From the NCBI RefSeq assembly GCF_006345805.1, contig NC_042997.1, forward strand, positions 194,866,001-194,930,000: a stretch of 64,000 nucleotides of DNA. The letters run 5' to 3'. The DNA is from Octopus sinensis. Lineage: Eukaryota. Of this stretch, positions 24,730 to 36,780 are shown piece by piece. The position numbers were made by a program, and so were the translations under genes. Under the pieces are notes generated by a model. It had not been told where the DNA came from. It ran no database searches and worked only from the letters and a program-made list of their open reading frames with translations. How positions within the stretch are numbered: position 1 is the first letter of the stretch; each line of letters starts with the position of its first letter.

Positions 24730-25520
24730 AATTTATTTTGGTGCCTGGAATGTTTGTATCTTTCTGTATGATTCTACTGCTGAAACAGAAAGACCTTTCC
24801 TGAAGAACAGCATATATTACCAAAATGCTCCTGTGCTATGAAATATCTCTGTGCACACATTCAGAGCTGTCTTTCTGATGAAAAGTCTAACACAAAGATT
24901 GAGGATGGCAACACATTCCTCTGGGAAAGGGTTCCCACAAGACTAAAGTCATACACATGTGTTGGTCTGGTTATCAAAAACAAGTTTTCTTTCAAAATTT
25001 CCTGTTACTGCATGTTCCAGTGGAACATGACCAAAGGTTACTAGATGATGGCCACTAGTATGCATGGACCCATTCTGGATTCCTCAGAAGGCAGAAAAGA
25101 ACAGTTCTATACTGTTCTGTACAGAGTTCAAAAAAACCTTATATCTAATAAACTGTCCTTTTTGAGTGACTTTCAGGCTTGTGTAGTCAAAAATTCAACA
25201 ATCTGGAACTATGTAATTTCAAATCATAGCATAGATAACATGCATTCAAAAAGGCTCCAGCTTCTCTCCTTGTATGTAGAACATCAACTTTTCATCCCCA
25301 ATACAATGTTCCAACTTCTGGTCAAGCAGAAAACAACCTAGAAGCCCCCACAATCAGGAAATTAGCATCTCCTGGACTATATCATTGGCGATCTCTATGA
25401 TATAGGCACAGTGTTTCTCATTAGAGTTATGAGAGACACAGAGTACTGGACCAACCACAGTCTTGTACAATCCACCTTCTGTGTTTTACCTTATCCACCA
25501 GCAATACAAGCAAGTATTCA
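24730..25520 (+). mobile_element. Degenerate RTE (BovB-like) apurinic endonuclease region
   Basis: GAWNV, TFLW..VGLVIKN, KEQFY..LSDFQACV, NTMFQL..KTTW..HLLDYII, YWTNHSLV; stops and frameshifts. Confidence 0.85.
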
Positions 25521-25771
25521 AATCTCTTCATGATATAGCATCTCTGCAAGATGCCACAATCAAGAGGATTGATAGTAAATGAGTAAAGTAGATTTACTAC
25601 CATTTGGGAAGAGGCCATGTTCTGTATTCCTTGTGCTGTACCCAATGTAAACTATGGGTGCACAAGAGATGTATTAGGATCACAGGCAGGCAGACAGAGA
25701 AGTGTTTATATGTAGCAGATGCTTAAGAGTAGCTAGAAGCATAAGTAACATTATCATCATCATCGTCATCA

Positions 25772-26189
25772 CCTATTTCTTTACTACCCACAAGGGGCTA
25801 AACACAGAGAGGACAAACAAGGACAGACAAACAGATTAAGTCGATTATATTGACTCTATTGCGTAACTGCTAGTTAATTTATCGACCCCGAAAGGATGAA
25901 AGGCAAAGTCGACCTCGGTGGAATTTGAACTCAGAACGTAGCAGCAGATGAAATAACTATTTCTTTACTACCCACAAGGGGCTAAACATAGAGAGGACAA
26001 ACAAGGACAGACAAACGGATTAAGTCGATTATATCGACACCAGTGCGTAACTGGTACTTATTTAATCGACCCCGAAAGGATGAAAGGCAAAGTCGACCTC
26101 GGTGGAATTTGAACCCAGAACGTAGCAACAGCCGAAATGCTTGCTAAGCATTTTGCCCGGTGTGCTAATGTTTCTGCCAGCTCACCGCC
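25772..26189 (-). mobile_element. SINE B dimer
   Basis: Junction at 25957/25958. Confidence 0.9.
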
Positions 26190-26399
26190 TTGTATCATCG
26201 TCATCTGTCTTCCATGCTGGCATGGGTTGAACAGTTTAACAGGAGCTGGCAAGCCAGAGAATGCACCAGGCTTCATTGTTTGCTTTGGTATTGTTTCTAT
26301 GGCTGGATGCCCTTCCTAACACCACCCACTTTACAGAGTGGACTGGGTGCTTTTTACACAACACTCATACCAGTGAGATCTGTAACCAGAAAGGCTCCT

Positions 26400-27400
26400 T
26401 AGAAGTATTTGACAGCTTCTGTTGCTACCTAGCAATGAAGGGAAGTGTTGCTGAATGCAGAATAGCCTGTGTTTGAAACATGTTGGGAAAAATTAACCAT
26501 TATCTCTGAAGGAAACCAAGGGATTCTTTTTCTGAGTAACGGGTTGGTTGTAGGATGCTTGTGCACAAAGAGTAATATTGCATGACAAGAAAACGTTGAC
26601 AGAAATGAGACTAGAAAGAAACGAAATGAGATTAGTAAGAAATGAAATGAGCCTACCTCTCTGGATATAAAATATTCAGATCTTTTCGGTTTGAATGGCA
26701 GTTTTTTTAAATAATTTCCACGTAACTAATCTCTTTTAAACTTCGTATACTGGTAGAATGTGTTTATAAAACATCTTTTTCTCTGGGCTTTATTGAGAAA
26801 ATTCTATAGTTTGTAAGATATTTGTTGTTTTGTTTTCTTCAATTTCTGCAATTTCAACCAATCAATGATGTCCATTGAGGTAAAAAAAAAAAACATTCTG
26901 TGCCGCATGAATATGTCCCTCGTTTAAGAAACAGATTGGGTTTATTTACATTTGTGAAGAAAAAAAGATACCCTTCACCCCACCCCTAACCCTAAAACAG
27001 ATTGAAATGCAATAAATTGATACTAGGGTCATAATTATGGGTGACAATTTCATGACACCGCTAGAAAAAACTGCTGGTCAAACCGAAAAGATCCAAATAT
27101 TCTTCTGAATGAACAGTGGAGCAGGAATGAACAGAGAAAAAGTAGATGAAAGAGGAATTGATTGTTGTGTGTAAGAGAGGCGACGCTGGTATTATAGACC
27201 TGCCATGTGTATGGAGGCTGAAAGCTGGGTAGAGAAATGCCAAGTGAATTGAATGGGAGGAACTAAAGGAAGAAAAGGGCCCTTGGAAGATATGAGAAGT
27301 GGTGAGGGCTGATCTCTGTAAGCTGAACTTCATGAAGGAGATGATAAATGACTGCAACAAGTGTGAGGTGCTGTGCTGGAGAATAACACCCGATACATAA
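26400..27400 (+). mobile_element. Degenerate RTE LINE 3' coding region interrupted by a MITE
   Basis: DSFC, DACAQRVILH, RLERNEM, ERRRWY, EVVRADL, VLEN resemble the RTE post-RT region. Confidence 0.75.
26678..27094. mobile_element. GGATC-terminus MITE, complete
   Basis: Colinear with 5602-6016; perfect 8-bp TSD AAATATTC. Confidence 0.93.
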
Positions 27401-27599
27401 ACAAGGTTGGGCTGAAAAGTTCATAGGCTGATTATGAAGGAAGCGATGCTGGGGCTGTGAAATCCTGCAGGCATTAATTTCAACCCTTCTTTTTAATAAC
27501 TGCATTGTTTCTTTCCCAGTGGTAAAGTGACACCTAACTGATCAAAGAAAATTGCAAAAGCAACAAGTAGCAACTTCTCTTGAAAATGTACAAAATTTG

Positions 27600-27900
27600 G
27601 GATCTTTTCCTTTTGAACGGCAGTTTTCAACACAATTTCTAGTTAACTAAACACTTTTAAACTTTGTATACTGGTAGAATGTGTCAAAATAAAACATTTT
27701 TTCTCTTGGCTTTCTTGAGAAAATTGTAATTTGTAAGTTTAACGTAGTTTAATTTTTCAAATTTTAACCAATCCTATGGCCTCTATTGAGCTAAAATCAT
27801 TTGCTGCGTCTAAAACTGAGACAACATCCTGTCACTAACCCTAACCCTGGTAGAATGTGTCAAAATAAAACATTTTTTTCTCTTGGCTTTCTTGAGAAAT
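27600..27900. mobile_element. Truncated GGATC-family MITE with internal duplication
   Basis: Left TIR and (TAACCC)2; CTGGTAGAATGTGTCAAAATAAAAC block repeated. Confidence 0.8.
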
Positions 27901-27904
27901 TTGC

Positions 27905-28225
27905 TATTGTGGTATTAAGTATCTGCAGAAAAAGGGTTTAACCCCCCCCCCCCAAGCACATTCAAGCAACTATGGTCGCTACATAAGGGGATGACACTCC
28001 AGCTTTATCAACAATGAAAAAGTGAGCAGCTGAATTTCGGAGGGGAAGCAAGAGTCTTGAAGATGACCCAAGGTCTGAACATCCTGCAAAATGCAACCAT
28101 CAAGGAAAAACATTGATCGTGTTCATCACATGGTGATGGATGATAAGCGATTGACTAAAAATCAAATAGACTATGCTATAAGCATATCCTGTGAGAGAGT
28201 TGGTGAGAGAGTTGAGAATATTCTG
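27905..28225 (+). mobile_element. mariner transposase N-terminal (HTH) fragment
   Basis: KYLQKKGL, GDDTPALST, AAEFRRGSKSLEDDPRS, ENIDRVHHMVMDDKRLT..QI..AISIS.ERV. Confidence 0.85.
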
Positions 28226-28269
28226 TATGGCCTATGAGCTTTTCAGCTGTTCCCTACCACCCTGTAAGC

Positions 28270-29190
28270 ATGGCAAATGGACAGATGGTGATGATAATGA
28301 TGTAGATGACAGTGATGTCGGTGGCAGTAGTAGTGGTGGTGGCAGTGGTAGTGGTGGTGGAAGTGCTGCTGTTGGGTTTGGTGGTGGGACTGGTAATGAT
28401 GATGAGGAGGTGGTGGTAGTGGTGGTGATGTTGGTAATGGTGGGAATGGTGATGATAATGATACAGGTGGTTGTAGTGGTATTGGCAGTGGTGGTAGTAT
28501 TAGGTATTGGTGGTGGCAGTGGCGTCGAGGACGGCAGTGGTGGTTGTGGTATTTGCAGTGGTGGCAGCAGCGACGAGGGCAGCAGTTGTGGGGGGTGGGG
28601 TGGGGTTTGATGCAGGCCGGCAGCAGCATGACAGTGGTGGTGGCGGCGGCAGTGGTGGTGGTGGTGGTGGTGGGTGGTGGTGGTTGGTAGTGGTGGTGGT
28701 GGTGGTGGCGGCGGCAGTGGTGGTGGTGGCGGCGGCGGCGGCGGCGGCGGTGGTGGTGGTGGTGGTGGGTGGTGGGTGGTGGGTGGTGGTGGTGGTGGTG
28801 GTGGTGGCGGCGGCGGCGGTGGTGGTGGCAGCGGTGGTGGTGGTGGTGGTGGTGGTGGTGGTGGTTGGTAGTGGTGGTGGTGTGGTGGTGGCGGCGGCAG
28901 TGGTGTGGTGGTGGTGGTGGCGGCGGCGGCGGTGGTGGTGGCGGCAGCGGCGGCGGTGGTGGTGGTGGCGGCGGCGGCGGCGGCGGTGGTGGTGGCGGCG
29001 GCAGTGGTGGTGGTGGTGGTGGGTGGTGGTGGTGGTGGCGGTGGTGGTGGTGGTGGCGGCAGCGGCGGCGGTGGTGGTGGTGGCAGCAGCAGCGGCGGTG
29101 GTGGTGGTGGTGGTGGTGGTGGTGGCGGCGGCAGTGGTGGTGGTGGTGGTGGTGGTAGTTGTGTTGGTGGTGGGTGGAGGTGGTGACCGG
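28270..29190. repeat. (GAT)n to (GGT)n/(GGC)n trinucleotide array of about 0.9 kb
   Basis: Directly visible; begins at a decayed RTE tail (AAGCATGGCAAATGGACAGATG). Confidence 0.95.
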
Positions 29191-29754
29191 TGGGGGGGGG
29201 CAACAAATTTCCTGAATAAATTTAGGAAGAGATAAAATTCTGAAATCCTGTTTCTGAAAGTGATTTTCTAATATCTGAATAGAACCATATGCCTAACTAA
29301 CGGCTAACTAATTAAGTTTTTTCCCATCTTTGTGTCAGAGTCAGTGAGTTACCATGGAGATTCAGCCAACAGGGCCCAGAGTTACAACAAAGGGCTGAGT
29401 TAATTATAATTCACTGAAAGACTTCATTAACACTGCAGCTGTTTGGTAATTAGTTACATTGGTAAACATACATATACACATACATACACACACATATACA
29501 TAATACATACACACACACACACATACATACATACATACATACATACACACACATATACATAATACATACACACACACACATACATACATACATACATACA
29601 TACATACATACACACATACACACACACACACACATACATACATACATGCATACATACATACATGTGTGTGTGCGTGTGTATGCATATATTAAATAAGAAA
29701 ATGGATAAATTCATAGACATACACATACATGCACACACACACATATTTGTATAT

Positions 29755-30159
29755 GTGGCTGTGTGGTAAGTAGCTTGCTAACCAACCACATGGTTCCGGG
29801 TTCAGTCCCACTGTGTGGCATCTTGGGCAAGTGTCTTCTGCTATAGCCCCGAGCCAACCAATGCCTTGTGAGTGGATTTGGTAGACGGAAACTGAAAGAA
29901 GCCTGTCGTATATATGTATATGTATATATGTATGTATGTGTGTGTGTGTTTGTGTGTCTGTGTTTGTCCCCCTAGCATTGCTTGACAACCGATGCTGGTG
30001 TGTTTACGTCCCCGTCACTTAGCGGTTTGGCAAAGAGACGATAGAATAAGTACTGGGCTTACAAAGAATAAGTCCCGGGGTTGATTTGCTCGACTAAAGG
30101 CGGTGCTCCAGCATGGCCGCAGTCAAATGACTGAAACAAGTAAAAGAGTAAAAGAGTAA
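29755..30159 (+). mobile_element. SINE family A, full length
   Basis: Colinear with the 7038-7435 copy. Confidence 0.9.
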
Positions 30160-30573
30160 TACACACACATGCACACTCTCACACACACTTGCACACTCTT
30201 ATACACACACATCACACACACATAGTTGTATATGTTTATGTATATATTTATATATATATATATATATGTATACACACATACACACTCATACACACTCTCT
30301 CTCACACACACATATGCATACTTATAAATACAAGATTATTAAAAAATATGATGTGTGTGTGTGTGTGTGTGTCTGTGTACAAATTCACATTTATATACAA
30401 AATTATATATATGATACTTACTTTATATATAGCAATGCATATAAACATAAACATCCTCATGTTTATAAGCATCTGTGTAGTCACCTTTCTTTCAGAATTT
30501 ACCAAATAATAGAATGACCCAATTCTGAAAACCCTGGAATTCCAGGAATCAGTCACACAGTGGTCTGTTCTGT

Positions 30574-30693
30574 CTAAGAAAGCCGGTTACTGTTAATAAA
30601 GCTCTTAAGATCTAAGCGATCCATAATTTTGTTTGTGACTCTTGGTAGAATCAAAGAATTCTTTGGAAATGTTTCTCTATTAAATATAAAAGT
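30574..30693 (-). CDS. Candidate terminal exon of an unidentified minus-strand gene (TFIFNRETFPKNSLILPRVTNKIMDRLDLKSFINSNRLS*)
   Basis: cag acceptor after a pyrimidine run; phase 0 matches the 31914 donor; product unknown. Confidence 0.3.
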   Translation of the reverse strand, partial: TFIFNRETFPKNSLILPRVTNKIMDRLDLKSFINSNRLS

Positions 30694-31913
30694 CTGTGTA
30701 AACTTCAGGTGGGAGGAGGAGGAGGAGAAGCATGAACAAAGCTGGAGTGAAAGGAAGAGGGAAAAAATTTCTAAAGTAAGTTTTGTAACCGGAGAAGATT
30801 GGAAGAAAAGGGCGCCAAAATTTGGTTACCTTGTTTTGTTTTTACTAGTTTGTGTTGAAGGGGAAAGGATGAAATTTGTGAAGGAAGAAAGAATTTGGTA
30901 TACTTGAAAATATATGTACATATGTTTATATTTTTTTGCATAAATAGTTAATTAGAAAATTATTTTCATGTTAATTACAAAAGTCATATTAAGAATTTTT
31001 ACTTGGGGAAGACATCTGTAATAGCATGTCAAATTCATTTATATATATATGTATGTGTGTATGTTTGTGTATATGTATATATGTGTGTACGTTTGTGTAT
31101 ATGTATGTGTATGCATATATGTATGTGAGTATAAGTGTATGCATATATGTATATATATGTGTGTGTATATGTTTATATATGTGTATATATATATATATAT
31201 ATGTATGTATCTGTGTATTTGTAGATGTGTGTGTGTATTATTTTATTCTTTTATTTGTTTCAGTCAAAAGACTGCGACCATGTTAGAGCAGCACATTTAG
31301 TCGAGCAAGTTGACCACAGGAATTATTCTTTGTAAGCCTAGTACTTATTCTATCAGTCTCTTTTGCCGAACCGCTAAGTTACGGGGACGTAAACACACCA
31401 GCATCGGTTGCCAAGCAATGTTGGGGTGACAAACACACACACACAAACACACACACACACACACACATGTATGCTGGTGGCATGTAAAAAGCACCAACTG
31501 ATCGTGACTGATGCCAGTACCCCCTGACTGGCTTCCGTGTCAGTAACACATAAAAAGCACCATTCGAACATGATCGTTACCAGGTCTGCCTTAATGGTTT
31601 CTGTGCTGGACGCATGTAAAAAGCATCCACTACACTCTTGGGGTGATTGGCTTTAGGAAGGGCATTCAGCTGTAGAAACCCTGCCAGATCAGATTGGAGC
31701 CTGGTGCAGCCACTGGCTCTCCAGACCTCAGTCAAACCGTCCAACCCATGCCAGCACGGAAAAACGGACGTTAATCGATGATGATGATGATGATATATAC
31801 GACATAAGTATGTCCATGTATGTGAATACTAGAGTGTGTGTAGGGCAGTATGTGGTATGTTGATGTATGTAAGTGACAGGATGAAATAAAAGTGTAAGTT
31901 CATATTAACTCAC

Positions 31914-32158
31914 TCTTTGTCTGTCTGCTGGATAAGAGATTGTCTGTAAATGTTGCCATAACACTTGACAATTAACTAGCAACAAACTATCTGACCCCGA
32001 TTTATAAAGGAATGCTGGATGACAGTAGCCCCCATCCCTGCTATTGGTATTGTCATTGTCATTGATGTAGTTATTATCATCTTCTTTGTCATGTCTACTT
32101 GGATGTGGGAGGCTTGTTTGCTTCCTATTGCATTGTGCCAGCCGGTGATATTGATAAT
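31914..32158 (-). CDS. Candidate internal exon (YQYHRLAQCNRKQ...YCHPAFLYKSGSDSLLLVNCQVLWQHLQTISYPADRQR)
   Basis: tttatattcctgttatgcag acceptor, AGA|GTGAGT donor, 245-nt open frame (phase 1 to 0). Confidence 0.4.
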
Positions 32159-33375
32159 CTGCATAACAGGAATATAAATTATGCATTTAATACCAGTCAT
32201 TGTATATCTTGCTGAACACTGAAGAAGTGAATAAACAAGATTATATAATGTTTCAACACCAGTTACGGAATCCTGGAGGTAATTTGCTGAAATGCGTGTA
32301 TGTTTTATAAAGCATAGAATACTATACCTGTTTCCAGTTTTATTAATACCACACACATTAATGCACACACACACATACACACACACATGCACACACACAC
32401 ACATACACACACACACACATACACATGCATATCAATTTCCATCTTATTTTTGATGCAATTATAAATTGCTGAAAGTCAAATTAACTGCAGTATTCTTTCA
32501 GAGATAATATCTTGTATGAACACAGTGTTAAAAAACACAGAAATATGCCAGCAGCAGATGAAAATCAACTAGCAGTGACAGTGAGAAGACTAGATGCACA
32601 TCTCTGCTGTTTTAGGTTTTATCAGTGTTATTTATGGATATAAGAGAATATATTCTCAAAGGAATGCTACAGTTAATTTGGCTTTGGCTTTCTGTGAAGC
32701 ATTTGTATTAAATGTGATACATAGTTTGACATTTTATCTAATACAGCTTCAGTTGCACATAAAGAATTTTTATTCAACCAGCCAGCTAAGTGCAACATCA
32801 GTGATTTTTTTTTTTGCGGATATTGTTTTCCTATATCAGTGATGATATATTTTGTTTTAGCATGCAGTTGTCAGTGGGTATTTGCAACTGATGAAACCCC
32901 AGAAAGTTTGAAATGAGCATCTGGTATTTTCATCACCACTGCTGGATAATTTTTGTTTGTTACTGAAGAGATATTCTTTTCTACTCTTGGCACAAGGCTT
33001 AAAATTTTTGGCGAGGGGGCCAATCGATGAGATTGACCCCAGTATGCAACTGGTACTTAATTTATTGACCCCACTGAAGGGATGAAAGGCAAAGTCTACC
33101 GTGGCGGAATTTGAACTCAGAACTTAAAAACAGACAAAACACTGCTAAGCATTTTGCCCGGCATGCTAGCATTTCTGCCAGCTCGCCGCCTTACTTCCAT
33201 AAGAGATATTATCACCAGACTAATACGACCATTAATTTGGCTTTCATCACCATCATCATCATCATCGTTTAACGTCCACTTTCTATACTGGCATGGGTTA
33301 GATGGTTTGACTGGGGACTGGCAAGCCAGTTAGGCTGCACCAGGATCTAATCTTTCTGTTATGTATTTGCATTAA

Positions 33376-33596
33376 CCCTTTCATTACTGTATTTATTTTG
33401 AGATTCTCTGTGTTTCTCTCAATTATTTTTAAAATAACAAAGAATTTAATAAAATAACTCATTTATCATTAAGCTAGTGTTGGCAACATAAATTGTGACT
33501 AAGCTTTGGAGGAAGATTTTAATTCAAAACTTATGAAAACAAGACATTTGTACTACAGAGCCGGAGTCGGTTTCAGCTGGGTTGATTACGAAAGGG
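33376..33596. mobile_element. piggyBac-like MITE
   Basis: TTAA|CCCTTT...AAAGGG|TTAA; same family at 34973-35195, 43297-43507, 55806-56027. Confidence 0.9.
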
Positions 33597-33869
33597 TTAA
33601 GTATGATACAGATTCATATTTTATTTAATGTTAATACCACAGAGCCTGCATCAGTTGTTGCATCTAGATGGTTTATCTGCATCCTTATCCCTTTTGTGCA
33701 GCAAATATTTTGTAGCCATTTCATGTCCCTGTATTGCAAAAGCTTATCCTTTGAAGTAAGAGCTAATATCCTCAGATGTTAATCCAAGGTAGACTACTCT
33801 GAATGTCAACATTGCCTTCTGAGAACATGCATCACTTTTTGCTAGTAAGTATGCAACTTTTCTTCTGAG

Positions 33870-34090
33870 CAAGCCTCCCACATCCAAGTAGACATGACAA
33901 AGAAGATGATAATAACTACATCAATGACAATGACAATACCAATAGCAGGGATGGGGGCTACTGTCATCCAGCATTCCTTTATAAATCAGGGTCAGATAGT
34001 TTGTTGCCAGTTAATTGTCAAGTTTTATGGCAACAATCACAGACAATCTGTTATCCAGCAGACAGACAAAGAGTGAGTTAATATGAACTT
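33870..34090 (+). repeat. Inverted duplicate of 31896-32116
   Basis: 221 bp with 6 mismatches to the reverse complement of 31896-32116. Confidence 0.93.
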
Positions 34091-34259
34091 TGTCTGTAGT
34101 GGATTTGTGCAGCAACTTCCCTCAATGTATATCCCTGGTCATCAGTCAGAGAATACTTACTAAGATGCTTCTTTCCAACTCCCAAAGTATTATTGGTCTC
34201 AAATATACAGATTTTGATCCCTGGCAGAGCTTCAACATTTGGTGGTATATAGATGTTGT

Positions 34260-34497
34260 CAAGGTGGCAAGCTGGCAGAAATGTTAGCACGCCAGGCGAA
34301 ATGCTTAGTGGTATTTTGCATGCCGTTACATTCTGAGTTCAAATTCCGCCGAGGTCGACTTTACCTTTCATCCTTTCAGGGTTGATAAATTAAGTACCAG
34401 TTACGCACTGGGGTCGATATAATCGACTTAATCTATTTGTCTGTCCTCGTTTGTCCCCTCTGTGTTTAGCCCCTTGTGGGTAGTAAAGAAACAGGTA
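34260..34497 (+). mobile_element. SINE family B monomer
   Basis: Colinear with the other B copies; further monomers at about 33.0, 38.1, 42.2, 47.5 and 53.2 kb. Confidence 0.9.
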
Positions 34498-34972
34498 TAT
34501 GTTGTCAAATGGACATGATGCAATTTCCAAAGGCTGTCTGGATCAATGTTAAGCCTCTGCTACTCTGTTTTCGTTATTAAGTAAATAAAAATGGTTTACA
34601 TCACTGTTGTGGAAATTACTGGTATGAGTTAATCATTTTCAGGTATTCATCATAATTATTGTCATCATTTAATATCCAATTGCCATGCTCACATGGGTTG
34701 GATAGTTTAACAGGAACTTGTAATGCTGGGGACTGTACCAGGCTCCATTGCTTGTTTTGCCATGGTTTCCACAGCTGGATGCTCTTCCTAATACCAACCA
34801 TTTCACTGCTACAGAACTAGTCCAGGAACTTTTTGATACCATCTTGTACTATGCAAGACCGTTTCCCTGATGGAAGTAGGGTTCTGTCTGTTTTCTTACT
34901 TCCCATAATTTTAGTCTTTGGTGCCATGTAAAAAGTACCTGTGTCACTAAACACTAAAGTGGTTGGCATTAA

Positions 34973-35195
34973 CCCTTTTGTTACCAACTCGGCTGAAACC
35001 AGCTCTGGCTCTGAGTACAAATGTCTTATTTTCAAAAGTTTTGAACTAAAATCTCCCACCAAACCTTAGTTGCAATTTATGTTCCTAACACTAGCTTAAT
35101 GATAATAACTAATTTATTTTACTAAATTCTTTGTTATATTTAAAGTAATTGAAAGAAACACAGAACATCTCAAAATAAATACAGTAACGAAAGGG
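34973..35195. mobile_element. piggyBac-like MITE (inverted relative to the 33376 copy)
   Basis: TTAA TSD, CCC/GGG ends. Confidence 0.9.
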
Positions 35196-35339
35196 TTAAG
35201 TTAAATTTGAAGCTCTGTGATTTCAGGTTTTGTATACACATCTGGAATTTCTTTTTAAAATTCTATTGCAGGTACAACCATGTATGTGTGTATGTTTGTA
35301 TGTGTGGATATATGACTGTGTGTAAGTGTATGAGAGGAA

Positions 35340-35755
35340 GAGGGGGGAGAGTTTGTGTGTGTATGTGTGTATGTTTGTATGTGTGTATGTTAGTGAGTAT
35401 ATATGTATGAGTGTTTACGTTTGCATGTGTGTGTGTAAATGTATGTGAAAGTAAGAGGGAGAGAGAGAAAAAGAGAGTATGTGTATGTGTGTGTATGTGT
35501 TTGTGTGTGTATGCATGGGCGTGTGTATGTATGTGTGTTTGTGTGTGTATGCATGGGCGTGTGTATGTATGTGTGTTTGTGTGTGTGTTTGTGTGTGTTT
35601 GTGTGTGTGTTGTGTGTGTTTGTGTGTGTGTTTGTGTGTGTTTGTGTGTGTATGTATGTGTGTTTGTGTGTGTGTTTGTGTGTGTTTGTGTGTGTATGTA
35701 TGTGTGTTTGTGTGTGTGTTTGTGTGTGTATGCATGGGCGTGTGTATGTGTGTGA
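35340..35755. repeat. (TG)n/(TTTG) microsatellite with a higher-order GTATGCATGGGC unit
   Basis: Directly visible. Confidence 0.93.
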
Positions 35756-36141
35756 AACTCCAGTGCAGATTTAATTATGTAGTTGACAATTAACGGACAC
35801 TTGTATAACAGATTCTGCATACTTTCTCATAAGTATGTAACGAGGACTTTGATGTAGACACAGGTAAATCAGAGCTCCCTTCCCATCCACCTGCCACACA
35901 CAAAAAAAAAATGTCTACTTGAGTGAAGAAGCCAGCTGAAAACAATATTTTCTTTTATTGCATCTTGAATATTTCAATGAAATTGTGGAAAAAAAAAGCC
36001 ATAAATTTATGTATTTGGTTAAGTGAACTGCTGTAATAAACAAACAAGGGGAGCTTTATGATGAATTGTATATTGTTATGATAGTTGTCAGACCAATAAA
36101 TAGGTTATGTTAACTACACATATCATCGTTAGATGTCTTAC

Positions 36142-36202
36142 CTTTTATCCACATGACCAACACTGAAAGGAAAGCCTTCAGCATGTACCAAACAAAGAGT
36201 TT
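36142..36202 (-). CDS. Candidate upstream exon of the unidentified minus-strand gene (KLFVWYMLKAFLSVLVMWIK)
   Basis: Strong AAG|GTAAGA donor, phase 1 compatible with the 32158 acceptor; acceptor weak and frame ambiguous. Confidence 0.3.
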
Positions 36203-36278
36203 CTGTTGTTTGCCCTCATTGTTAGAAATGAGCGTAAAATCTCACACAAATCCCACACACAGACACACCACCACCACC

Positions 36279-36310
<32 letters not shown>

Positions 36311-36780
36311 CAACGACGACGACATCATCATCATCATCATCACCACCACCACCATCACCATCACCATCACCACCATCACCATCATCACCTTCACCCTCTT
36401 CATCATCATCCAGTGTCCATTTTCCATGCTGGCATGGGTTAGACAGTTTGACAGGAGCCGCATCAAGTTCCATTGTCTATTTTGGCACGGTTTCTACAAC
36501 TAGATGCCCTTACTAATGCCAACCACTTTACAGAGTGTACTGGGTACTTTTTATGAGGTGCCAGCACTGGTGCTTTTTATGTGGCTCCCAGCATCATTGC
36601 TTTTTAGGTGGCACTGGCACCAGCGCTTTCAATGTGGTGCCATTACCTGTGCTTTTTATGAGGTAACATCACCAATGCTTTATATGTGATACCAGCACTG
36701 ACAGGGTCACCAAGTACTTTGCAAGACAAAATCTCCTCAACTGGGAGTGGGGAAAAGGGGACAATGCTGTTCTGAATATA

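Noticed and set aside
28232-29235. 324-aa poly-Pro and 242-aa poly-Val/Ala ORFs as extensin- or glycine-rich protein genes
   Set aside because: Open only because GGT/GGC repeats lack stops; flanked by mariner and RTE relics
32883-32926. Hammerhead-like CTGATGA...GAAA-TGAGCA-T-C
   Set aside because: Stems I and II pair poorly; could be a decayed motif but is not distinguishable from chance
32502-33755. Plus-strand exon-like segments (DNILYEHSVKK..., SLHQLLHLDGLS...)
   Set aside because: No recognisable product, and they conflict with the minus-strand candidate; short open frames arise by chance
34815-34870. Plus-strand terminal exon-like ELVQELFDTILYYARPFP*
   Set aside because: Could not be linked in frame to a convincing upstream exon; adjacent to repeat fragments
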